Shown: piece by piece, positions 15,523 to 25,900 of the stretch
Layout of the letters: every line of letters starts with the position of its first letter
Position numbering within the stretch: position 1 is the first letter of the stretch
Source: a virus
Lineage: Duplodnaviria > Caudoviricetes
Virus record (IMG/VR): IMGVR_UViG_3300020432_000004
DNA: 64,000 bases
Reading direction: 5' to 3' (one strand)
Translations under genes and position numbers: made by a program
Notes under the pieces: model-generated
Databases searched by the model: none
Told to the model about the DNA's origin: nothing
Seen by the model: the letters and a program-made list of their open reading frames with translations, nothing else

Positions 15523-16131
15523 ATGCCGAGAATATTTGAATTATTTCCTACTCCCCTATTTGAAAGCGGGATTACTCCGAGGGAAGAGTGGGTGCGTTTC
15601 GCTGTCGATGAACCCTATGGGCGAAGTCCCGAAGATCCGAACTCGATTTCGTGTGATAGGAACGTATTAGATCTACTGCCTGACTTAAAAGAAGAGATTA
15701 CAAACGCTTGTAAGGTATACGCACACGAGTACTTGGGTGTCATGGAGCATAATGATGTCTATATTAGTCGTTCATGGTGTGTAAAGCATAAGAAAGGTGA
15801 CTGGGCGGGTCTACATGCTCATATAAACTCGATATGGAGTGGAATATATTACCTTAAGTGTGATGATAGGAGTGGTTCTGTAGTATTTGAGAAAGGTTGG
15901 AACTATAATAATTGCTTTACTAGTACATTACAACCAGATCACTTCCAAAATCATCTAAATCAGGATGCATTTTCGTTTACTCCTGTAGATGGCACTCTAT
16001 TAATCTTCCCTTCTCAGCTTCAACACCGTGTATTACGTAGCGAAAGTGACAGTTTACGATATTGTATAGCGTTCGATGTTTTCATTTCTGGTAAAACAGG
16101 TTATAATGGTGGTAATGGTATAGAACTATGA
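15523..16131 (+). CDS. 2OG-Fe(II) oxygenase (TIGR02466-like)
   Basis: LFPTP, HAH...WSGIYYL, LLIFPSQLQHRV, RYCIAFD. Confidence 0.88.
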   Translation: MPRIFELFPTPLFESGITPREEWVRFAVDEPYGRSPEDPNSISCDRNVLDLLPDLKEEITNACKVYAHEYLGVMEHNDVYISRSWCVKHKKGDWAGLHAHINSIWSGIYYLKCDDRSGSVVFEKGWNYNNCFTSTLQPDHFQNHLNQDAFSFTPVDGTLLIFPSQLQHRVLRSESDSLRYCIAFDVFISGKTGYNGGNGIEL

Positions 16132-16343
16132 TTAAAGAATGCTCTAAGTGTAGTGCTCGTTGGTTAGATGGTCAATTATACTGGGCTGATGGCAAGATGG
16201 GATGTCCGCATGACCTTGCAGGACTCGTTTGTAACCTTCCTGACCTTAAAGAGGAGGGTATTTGTATTAATCCATGCAAAGGATCCACAAGTGGCATGAC
16301 TTGGCAACATAGAAATATTATGCTAGACTATTGGGATATATAA
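16128..16343 (+). CDS. Cys-rich hypothetical protein (possible Zn-binding)
   Basis: CxxC...C..DLAGLVCN...CINPC. Confidence 0.75.
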   Translation: MIKECSKCSARWLDGQLYWADGKMGCPHDLAGLVCNLPDLKEEGICINPCKGSTSGMTWQHRNIMLDYWDI

Positions 16344-16353
16344 AATAAAAACT

Positions 16354-16569
16354 ATGGTCAACTTACGAGAGAAAATTCTGAGGGCACAAATCAATTACTA
16401 TCAGGGTTTGATCTGTAAACATCAGCAGAATGTAGAAATCTACCTCAATCAACCTGTAGGTATAGGTGAGCATCCTGATGTCATGGGAGCGATTGATCAA
16501 GAGATCAATTCGATTGCTCAAAATCATGAAAAGATTGACATTATCAATCACTACTTCTTAAATGCCTAA
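16354..16569 (+). CDS. conserved T4-like hypothetical protein (NVEIYLNQPVGIGEHPDV)
   Basis: ORF track; motif recognised from marine T4-like phages. Confidence 0.8.
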   Translation: MVNLREKILRAQINYYQGLICKHQQNVEIYLNQPVGIGEHPDVMGAIDQEINSIAQNHEKIDIINHYFLNA

Positions 16570-16828
16570 GTACGAACTCGAAGGAGCATATGATGAACAC
16601 TGGATGGAACAATGGAAGTTCAACCAGACTGTTAACAAAGCTTTGGAGCAGATAGTAAATAGACTCACAGAATTAGAGAAAAAGGTCTCAGAACAGCCTA
16701 CAAGTGACAAAACTTTCTATAAACCGTATGGTTATGACGATTATTTGTCATTATATGACTCTTTAGACGCTATTTTTAAGCGTTTGGACGATTTAGAGGG
16801 CAAAAAACGCACTTTTGGTAAAATTTAA
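16562..16828 (+). CDS. hypothetical coiled-coil protein
   Basis: ORF track. Confidence 0.75.
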   Translation: MPKYELEGAYDEHWMEQWKFNQTVNKALEQIVNRLTELEKKVSEQPTSDKTFYKPYGYDDYLSLYDSLDAIFKRLDDLEGKKRTFGKI

Positions 16829-16838
16829 CACTATTTTT

Positions 16839-16943
16839 ATGAAAAAACCTAAAAAAACACGTCAAGGAAGCAGTATTTGCACAAAATACGCTGCATCTTC
16901 ACGGAATGGTAAAAAGAAGAAATATCGTGGTCAAGGCAAATGA
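16839..16943 (+). CDS. 34-aa highly basic peptide (KKTRQG...RKYRGQGK)
   Basis: Read manually; ATGA coupling to ORF 16940. Confidence 0.65.
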   Translation: MKKPKKTRQGSSICTKYAASSRNGKKKKYRGQGK

Positions 16944-17134
16944 TGGATGAAGTTGAAGAGTCTTGGAGTGAATCTAGACTCAACAAACCGAAGAAATATC
17001 CAATGCCTTTATGGTTGACTGATGAAGAATTTGACAAAATGGTGGAGTCATTATGGATTCGTAGGAAGTCTGATACATTATGTAATGCATTATATAATAG
17101 AATGAGTGCAATAAAAGGTATACAACCTCGATAA
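16940..17134 (+). CDS. hypothetical protein
   Basis: ORF track. Confidence 0.65.
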   Translation: MMDEVEESWSESRLNKPKKYPMPLWLTDEEFDKMVESLWIRRKSDTLCNALYNRMSAIKGIQPR

Positions 17135-17137
17135 ATA
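17132..17137 (+). promoter_or_regulatory. T4-type late promoter (TAAATA)
   Basis: ATAAATA upstream of the SET-gp25-gp6 unit. Confidence 0.65.
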
Positions 17138-17159
17138 ATAATTAGTTAGATTATGAATC

Positions 17160-17489
17160 GTGACTTATAGAGCACTTCCTGACGGATTGTACATTTCGAC
17201 CTCACCTGTGGCAGGTCAAGGAGTATTTACTAGTAAATCTCTTCCAGTTGGCACAGAATTAGGTATGAGTCACATAATTATCGCAGATGAGATCATTAGA
17301 ACCCCTTTAGGAGGGTTTATTAACCATAGTGACACTCCAAATTGCGAGAAATTATGTCCAAGAGTCGAAAAAATGTATAATTTGACTAAAACGCACTATA
17401 AATCAATAAAGAAATATTATGTAAAGGTAATAAGACCTATTGCTGAAGGTGAAGAATTATTCTTGAGTTACACTTTCTATAAGGTATAA
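17160..17489 (+). CDS. minimal SET-domain protein (protein-lysine methyltransferase fold)
   Basis: S..AGQGVF, FINHSDTPNC, RPIAEGEELFLSY. Confidence 0.85.
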   Translation: MTYRALPDGLYISTSPVAGQGVFTSKSLPVGTELGMSHIIIADEIIRTPLGGFINHSDTPNCEKLCPRVEKMYNLTKTHYKSIKKYYVKVIRPIAEGEELFLSYTFYKV

Positions 17490-17908
17490 TGGCAATTAAA
17501 GAGGTAAGAGGTACAAAAGACAACCTCTCTCGTGGTTTCAAAGACATAGGTGTAGGTTTTCTATTAAATGCCTTCACTAAGGATGCTGCTGTGGTAAAAA
17601 ATGAGAATGCCATTAAACAATCAATCAAAAATTTAGTACTTACACAGAAGGGGGAAAAGTTGTTCCAACCTGAGATAGGTTCTGGTGTGTATGAATTGCT
17701 CTTTGAACCAATGGATCCGTTTACAGCAGATTCTATTAGGGATGAGATAATAAATACTCTAGGACAGTATGAACCTAGAATTACTATTCAAGGTGTTAGG
17801 GTTATGCCTAACGAAGAAACTAATCAATTTGATGTAACGGTTGAGTATAGAATTGTAGGTCAACCTATTGTGGAAACAGTCAATTTCATCTTGCAGAGAC
17901 CTGAGTAA
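17489..17908 (+). CDS. gp25: baseplate wedge subunit gp25
   Basis: AIKQSIKNLVLT..GEKLFQPEIGS..LLFE...YEPRI; located before gp6. Confidence 0.92.
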   Translation: MAIKEVRGTKDNLSRGFKDIGVGFLLNAFTKDAAVVKNENAIKQSIKNLVLTQKGEKLFQPEIGSGVYELLFEPMDPFTADSIRDEIINTLGQYEPRITIQGVRVMPNEETNQFDVTVEYRIVGQPIVETVNFILQRPE

Positions 17909-19929
17909 TGCAACCAAATAATTTAACAGCATTAGATTTTGGTGATATCAAAGCCTCAATCAAATCATATCTAAGAACTAGACCTGAGTTTACCGATTAT
18001 GACTTTGAAGGTGCTGCTCTGTCGTATCTTATAGACACTTTAGCATATAATACCTATTATACATCATTCAACGCTAATATGGCAATGAATGAGGCATTCC
18101 TACCGTCTGCTACAGTAAGAGATAACGTTGTTAATATAGCAAAACTACTAAACTATGTTCCTACCTCTATAGTTGCTTCTAGAGCGACTGTATCGTTCAC
18201 TATTCAGTGTCAACAAACAAGTGATGCATTTCCTAGTACAGTTACCTTGAAGAAAGGTTCTATATTACAGGGTGGATCATATATGTGGAATATCATGGCA
18301 GATACTACACAATCTGTCGATCCTACTACTGGAGTTGCAACATTTAGTAACATAGTTGTCAAACAAGGAACTATTCTTAACTTTTCATACACTGTTAATA
18401 CCTTCGCTTCTCAAATTTACAAGATTCCTTCAGAGAACTGTGATATTTCTACTTTATCAGTGCAAGTAAGAGCATCAGAGACATCCACAACTTCTGACTT
18501 ATATAATAGAGTAGACACTATAAGTAATCTTTCTGCTACATCTCGTGTATTCTTCATCCATGAAGGTGAGGATATGCGTTATGAGATAAAGTTTGGAGAT
18601 GATAGTATTGGTAGAGCATTAAGTGATGGTGAGGTTGTTACTCTAGAATACCTTGTTACTGACGGTGAAGTTGCTAATGATGTTAATATATTCAATTTTA
18701 TTGGTAGATTAGAAGATAGTCTAGGTAGAACTTATACTGGATCACATGTAACTATGACTTTAGATGAGAAGTCTGGTTATGGTGAGAATGCTGAATCTAT
18801 AGAATCTATCAAATATAACGCTCCGAGGTACTATTCCTCTCAATATAGAGCAGTTACTGCACAAGATTATGCAATCATCACTAAAAAAGTGTATGATAAC
18901 GCACATTCCGTAGTTGCATATGGTGGAGATTCACTAAATCCCCCAATTTACGGTAAAGTTTACATTGCTATTAAGACAAAGACAGGATCTTTGCTCAATG
19001 ATCAGACTAAAAAGAGTATTGCTGCGGATTTACGCGGTTATGCGATGGCATCTATTGATCCTGTGGTCATTGATCCCGAAAATGTATACATTTATCCGAA
19101 AGTATTCGTTCAGTATGACACAGGTTGCGGAAGTGATACATCAACTATCAAAACAAATGTATCTCAAGCAATAGAAGACTGGGCAACACAGACTGAGATT
19201 AATAACTTCAACTCTACATTTAGATCATCTCAATTTGAGAAGGCAATTACTCTAGCAGACAAGTGTGTTAGTGACGTATCACTACAAACTACAATACTAC
19301 GATACATACGACCTACTACCAATCAAACTAATACTTACACTATCTCAACTGGTTCTGCACTCTATAATAGTGCTCCATCTAAAGATGGCGGTGACGGAAG
19401 TAATCCTAAAGAACCTATTCTACTCTCTGGATCTTTTAGAACAGCAGATAGACCTGGTGTTGATCAACAATTTGAAGATGACGGATACGGAAATCTAAGA
19501 ACCTACTACAATACAGGAACAAGAAAAATTTATACTAACAATGCTGCAGGTACATGTAACTATGATACAGGTGAAATCGCTTTTGGTCCTGTATCAATTA
19601 TTGGTGCGGGTGCAAATATTGCAACAGCAGGTATAAATGTTACTAATAATACAACAGGTGCGGGTTCTGTAACTGATTCTACTCTACTTCCAGTAGATTT
19701 ACAAATTCCAGTTCAATTCATTCCTGCTAACTCAAATAGTATTCCTGCTTCTACTCCAGGCACAATTATTAACATTGTGTTGCCAGAAATAACTGTAGCA
19801 CCTGTAGGAACAGCACCACCTCCAACTATCCCACTAAATAGTTTGACACCAAGAGTTTTTGACCAAACACCATCAACTATTGAGGTATCAACAACAAGTA
19901 CAACCAACCTAACCACCGCCTCTTACTAG
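17908..19929 (+). CDS. gp6: baseplate wedge subunit gp6
   Basis: LDFGDIK...DYDFEG...LAYNTYY, ESIESIKYNAP..Y..Q.RAVTAQDY. Confidence 0.92.
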   Translation: MQPNNLTALDFGDIKASIKSYLRTRPEFTDYDFEGAALSYLIDTLAYNTYYTSFNANMAMNEAFLPSATVRDNVVNIAKLLNYVPTSIVASRATVSFTIQCQQTSDAFPSTVTLKKGSILQGGSYMWNIMADTTQSVDPTTGVATFSNIVVKQGTILNFSYTVNTFASQIYKIPSENCDISTLSVQVRASETSTTSDLYNRVDTISNLSATSRVFFIHEGEDMRYEIKFGDDSIGRALSDGEVVTLEYLVTDGEVANDVNIFNFIGRLEDSLGRTYTGSHVTMTLDEKSGYGENAESIESIKYNAPRYYSSQYRAVTAQDYAIITKKVYDNAHSVVAYGGDSLNPPIYGKVYIAIKTKTGSLLNDQTKKSIAADLRGYAMASIDPVVIDPENVYIYPKVFVQYDTGCGSDTSTIKTNVSQAIEDWATQTEINNFNSTFRSSQFEKAITLADKCVSDVSLQTTILRYIRPTTNQTNTYTISTGSALYNSAPSKDGGDGSNPKEPILLSGSFRTADRPGVDQQFEDDGYGNLRTYYNTGTRKIYTNNAAGTCNYDTGEIAFGPVSIIGAGANIATAGINVTNNTTGAGSVTDSTLLPVDLQIPVQFIPANSNSIPASTPGTIINIVLPEITVAPVGTAPPPTIPLNSLTPRVFDQTPSTIEVSTTSTTNLTTASY

Positions 19930-19934
19930 AGTAG

Positions 19935-22900
19935 ATGACGAATATTAACAAGGTATCACAAGCGGTTGTCTCACAGACACCAGATTTCGTAGAGTCAGAT
20001 TATCCCCTCTTCAACAGATTTCTTGAGTACTATTATGCTTCTCAGGAAAAAACAGGTCTTGGTCAGAATATTTTAAACAATTTTCTAGGATATCTTGACA
20101 TTGATAAACTAGACATCAGTATTTTAGATGGTTCTACGAAAGTTAGAGAAGGAATTACTGCTACTAGTGATAAGATTGTTGTAGAGAGTGTAGATAGTTT
20201 CCTAGAGAAGAATGGAACAATATTAGTAGATAATGAAGTAATATTCTATGAGACCACCACACCTGCTCCTAACATTGCACTAACACCTGGTATTAACTAT
20301 GATCAGGTAAAATTAAAGTGGTCTGAACTAGCAAGTCCTTTAACTAGTTTTGATGGTACTACATCAAGATTCCCATTACTATCACAATCTAATCCTGTAG
20401 GACCTCCATCTGCACAACACATGATTGTAAGGGTGTATGGTGATTGGTTACTTCCTAATGTTGATTATACTGTTGATGGTGATCATATTGTATTCACTAA
20501 TCCTCCAAGAGCGAGAGTTGTAGCAGATGACGCAGCATATACTTACATTACTTACTTAAATGGTTTTACTGAGAACGATATTGTTGCTATGGACAATATC
20601 TCTGGTGCATTTGGTGAGAATAAGAGACAGTTTACTATTACACGGAACGGAGTAAGATATGAACCTACTGTAGATGAATATGTTATTGCAATCTATGATA
20701 ACAAGTTGATGATTCCTAAAATTGACTTTTTCATTGATGGTGATCAGTTTATATTCAAAGAAGCTCCATTAAACGGAAGAATACTTAATTTCTACGCTAT
20801 TGAAGCACCTATACCTTCATTTGGTAAGGATGCTGTTGGATATGCTCAAATTAGTGATGCGGGTACTCTTACTGGAATTAGTGTTAATAATTCAGGTACT
20901 CAATATAGATTCCAATATCCTCCTCAAGTTTCTATTAATTCTGAAACTGGAACAGGTGCATCTGCAACTGCTCTTGTAAATGGTGTTAAAACTCTTTCTC
21001 TATTGAATGGTGGTTTTGGATATAGTGAAACTAACCCTCCAGTAGTTCAAGTTGAATCTCCAACATTAGATGGTTCTCAGCAAGCAACTTTAAAGGCAAC
21101 TGTTACTAATGGTGCTGTATCTGGTCTTGAGGTGGTCAATTCTGGGTCAGGGTATACATTTACCCCTAGAATCACTTTCAGACAGCCAGGAGGTTGTACA
21201 CTAGGCACAGGACAGATCTTAAATGGATCTATTAGTATGGTTCCTCCAATTACCTATGGTGGTTTTGGATATACCACTGCTCCTCATGTTTATGTTGATG
21301 AACCTACAGGTGAATCACCTATTAGAGCAAATATTAAAGCACATTTAGTTGACGGTGCTGTATCACAACTTGAAATCTTAAATGCGGGACAAGGATACAC
21401 TACTACACCTAGAATAGCGATTGTTGATCCAGTTGGTGCACAAGTTTTAGAAACTGTTGTTGATACTGACGGAAGAGTTACTTCTATTGAACTTTTAGAC
21501 GGTGGTGGCGGTTATGAAGATATACCTTCCGTTTATATTGTTGATAACAGAATAGATGATAGAGGAACATTCATTGGTGGAACTGGTGCTAAAGCGGTAG
21601 CATCTATTTTCAATGGTAGAATCACTGATATTAACGTTACTGAGTTTGGAAGAGGATATAGTCAGACTACTCCTCCTATTGTTGTAATTCAAGCACCTCC
21701 CGAAGCGGAAGCATCTGCAACTATAGGTGTTAACGAGGTTACTGGTTTTAATATTAACCAAAGTGGAACAGGATATACAAAAGCACAGTTTGTTGGATGT
21801 GCTAGAGCTGCAAGTGCTATTACTGCATACACTCAGACTGGTAATGCTGTATTTACTAATGAAACTACTGCTAGTGCACATAGTATAGATGCTCCTGTTA
21901 AGTGTCTTGACGCTCTATTTGTTAAAAGATTACTTGACAAGTACACGGAACAGTTCTTACCAGATGTTCCCGCATTAGACTACAATACAATCGACGTAAG
22001 GACTGCAATCAAGACTATTAAAGACTTTTACAGTTGTAAAGGAACTTCTTATAGTATTGCATACCTTTTCAAACTTCTTTACGGTGAGCAAGTCAATATA
22101 TCATATCCTAAAGATCAAATCATTAAACCATCTGCTGCAACATGGTCTATTGATACAATTCTCCGTGCAACTATAGTAAGTGGTGATCCTGCTAATATTA
22201 GAGATGGTCTTTTAACTCAAGATGCTGATATTGCTGATGAAAACATCAGACAAGCAAGTGCACTCGTAGAAAACTTTATTTCAATTAAAACATCAGAAGT
22301 TGAGATATATGAATTAATTCTGTCAGAAGAAACTATTGATGGAACTTTTGTTGTTCCTTATAAGACAAAACTAGCAGAACCTCTTGATCAAACAGAAGGT
22401 ATTATAACTGTTGACTCTACAATCGGTTGGCCAGAAAGAAACGGTGAGTTTTTAATTGGTGGTTCATCTGATGTTGCAGAACTAATTCAATACAAGGAAA
22501 AATCACTAAACCAGTTCATTGAGTGTACTAGATCAGTAAATGGTGTAGTTGAGGACTGGGATTCTGCTACTGAAGTAAAATCTAACTTTAAAGTCTATGT
22601 TAACAAAGGAACTGCTCAAGAAGTAGTCATGAACGTTGTTGGTATCGTTGATGCTCAACAAACTACTCTTACTGACACTGGTTCTTACTACTTACCTGGT
22701 GATAAACTAGCAATTTCTAAGTTAGGTGGAACCGACATCAGTTCAGAACTTACAACTTGGTTGTATAACGTTAAAAAGTTAATTTCAGTTACTGGAATTA
22801 CATTTGGTGGTATTAATGATCAAGCTGCTACTGTAACCTGTGCAAACCCACACGGTCTACTAGTTGGAGATCAGGTTACCATCTATGGTGCTAACCCAAT

Positions 22901-25900
22901 CATCTATAATGGAACATTCTTAGTTACATCAAGAGATTCACCTACTGTATTCCAATATCAACTTCCTCAACCAGGTGGAGTTATACCTCAAGGTAATATT
23001 CTTGTTTCTATTGACCTTAATAAAGGTAAATCAGCAAGTGAACAGATTCTAACTGCTATTGGTTCGTACACCACTAACGTTCAGAATACATTCTTCAATG
23101 ATAATTACGTTTACGTTGCTTCTACAGGTATTCCTAACTATGAGATAGGTCCTTTTCCTGGTTCTGCGTTATTACCTGGCAACCAAAGAAAATTAAACAG
23201 ATTCCCAAGAACTGCTCAAACTATATCTACAAAGAACTTAATTAATCCTGGTCCTGTTGGAACTTGGGTTAATGGTGTTTCTATATGGTCATACAAGTCA
23301 GCTTTCTTCAAAACATTTGGTGCTGTAACTGATATTTCTATTACTAACGTTGGTCAAGACTATGACGCTGCATCTCCTCCTAATATTACTATTGCAGGTG
23401 GTGGAGGATCAGGTGCAACAGGTTCTGTTGTTGTTAACGGTTCTCTTAGTGAAGTAGAAGTTCTTACAGGTGGATCTGGTTATACATCCTCACCATTGGT
23501 CTCTATAGTCGGTGGAGGCGGTTCTGGTGCTGCTGCAACTGCTATTATCACTAAAGGTGTTGTTTCACGTATTCTGATCAATTCTGGAGGAACAGGATAT
23601 ACTTCACAACCTTCAATTACTATTGTTGGAGGTGGTGGAACTGGTGCAACTGCAACTGCAAACGTCAGAGGTCCTATTCAATCTATTGCTGTAACAAGTG
23701 GTGGTGCTTCATATACATCAAATCCTGATGTGACATTGAGTTCTGGATCAGGTGCTGTTGCTCAAGCAATTGTACAGAATGGTCGTATTATATCAATCGC
23801 TATTATTTCTGCAGGATCTGGTTATACAACTGCTCCTATAGTAAGTATTCAAGGTGATGGTTTTGGTGCTGTTGCAAGAGCAGGTATTGATATTGATGGA
23901 GAAAACGCAGGTAGAGTAACAAGTGTTGAGATTCTCAACAGAGGTATTGGATATATTCAAGGAACTACACTTATTAACTTGACTTCTGTTGGTCAAGGTG
24001 CATTATTTACAGCAAATGTATTCCAGTGGACATATAACTTACAAGCAACTAGTTCATTAGATACTGCAAAGGGTGGAGTATTTGAAGGATATAATAATCA
24101 GTATGGTGGTGAATATGCTCACTTATCAAACCCACAGAGACTAAGATATGTTCTTGGTGATAATTTACAAGAACCAACTGTAGGAAACGTAGTTGAACAG
24201 GCAGAACAGTTAAATCACTCTCCTATTGTTGGATGGGCATTTGATGGTAACCCAATATACGGTCCTTACGGTTATGCTGATCCTACAGATCAAGCATCTG
24301 CTATCAATAGATTAAACACTTCATATCGTCTTAAAACAGAACTCGTATATGATCCAGTTACTAATCCTTATCCTGCTAGAATTGCAGGTCCTCTACTTAA
24401 TGATGAGACAGCAGGTAACTTTGTAGAAGATTATGAGTATGTGTTTGGTTTAGGTGATCTTGATCAGTACAATGGTCGTTTCTGTAAGACACCTGAGTTT
24501 CCTGGTGGTAGATATTGTTACTTCGTTACTATTGACACTACTGAACAAGGTAATCCAGTATTCCCTTATGTTTTAGGTCCTAGTTTCAACTCAGTTGTTG
24601 ATACTTGGAACTTAAGTGATGGTGCAACACAACAGAATATTCCTACAGGTGTTGTTAGATATCGTGATCCATATGAGAACGTTGATATTGACGTTGAGAG
24701 GGCACCAAATGCCTCTACAAACGCTCTAACTACTGAAGACGGTGAATTACTCCTATTTGAGGTAGAAGACGAGAATAGGGACGCTGTGATCTCTCAGGAT
24801 GAATTAGATGATCCAGATCAAATCTTTGAAGAATCTCCTCTACAGTTATTTGATTACTTCCCTAAAGTTAAGTTTGACTCTAAGGTTGATATTGAAGTTG
24901 AGACAATTACTAAGTTTGAGGATGCTTCTGTAACTGGATTTACAGTAGAGAATCCTGGTGCATCTTATCAGGTTAATGACCGTTTAGTATTTGATAACAC
25001 AGATACTGATGGTACAGGTGTTTCTGCACGTGTTTCACATATTCAAGGTGAACCAGTATCTACATATGGTTTTGAGAGTATTGGTGGTCTCAACTATGGT
25101 GTTTTAAAAACTCAAAATCCACACAATTTGACAGTAGGAGATAATGTTGTAGTTGACTACACACCTATAATGAACAACACTAACAAAACTTTTGTTGTTA
25201 AACAGATTAAAGGTGTTGAAGAGATTGTTATTGATCAGCAGGGTTCTGGATATAATAGCGAATTACCTCCTACAATAATTCTTGATGGAGATGGAACTGG
25301 TGCTGCATTAGAAGCGGTTGTATCTTCTGTAGGATCTATTTCTTCAGTTAATGTAACTAACTCTGGTCAAAATTATACTACAAACCCAAGAGTTATACTA
25401 TCACACCCACAAATATACAAAAAAGCAGATTATTATATTTCTAAGATTGAAAGTAATGATTATGTTAAGGTTAATGATGTATTTGTAAATGATGCTAAGG
25501 AAATATACATTTGTGGTAAAACAAAAGATTCTTTTGGATATACTATAGCATTTGTATCAAAACTATCTGCTACTGGTGTTAAAGACTGGGAAAAGACAAT
25601 TAAGAGTACTGATGGTCAACAAGAAGTAGAATTTGAGAGAATATTAGTAGACGGTATGGATGTTTATTGTGTTGGTCATAATAGACCTAACTCAAACATT
25701 CTAGAAGCATATAACCCTGATGTTGTTCTTTGCAAGTATACACAGGCAGCTAACGGATTAAGTGCTAGTTTACAGTATCAGAAAGCGTATGCAGGTATAT
25801 CTGGTTCTACTCGTTCTGATAATGTTAGTGCTATTGCAAAATATTCAGATACTAGATTTGTTATTGGTGGACATACTAATACAAACTCTGGTAATCCATT

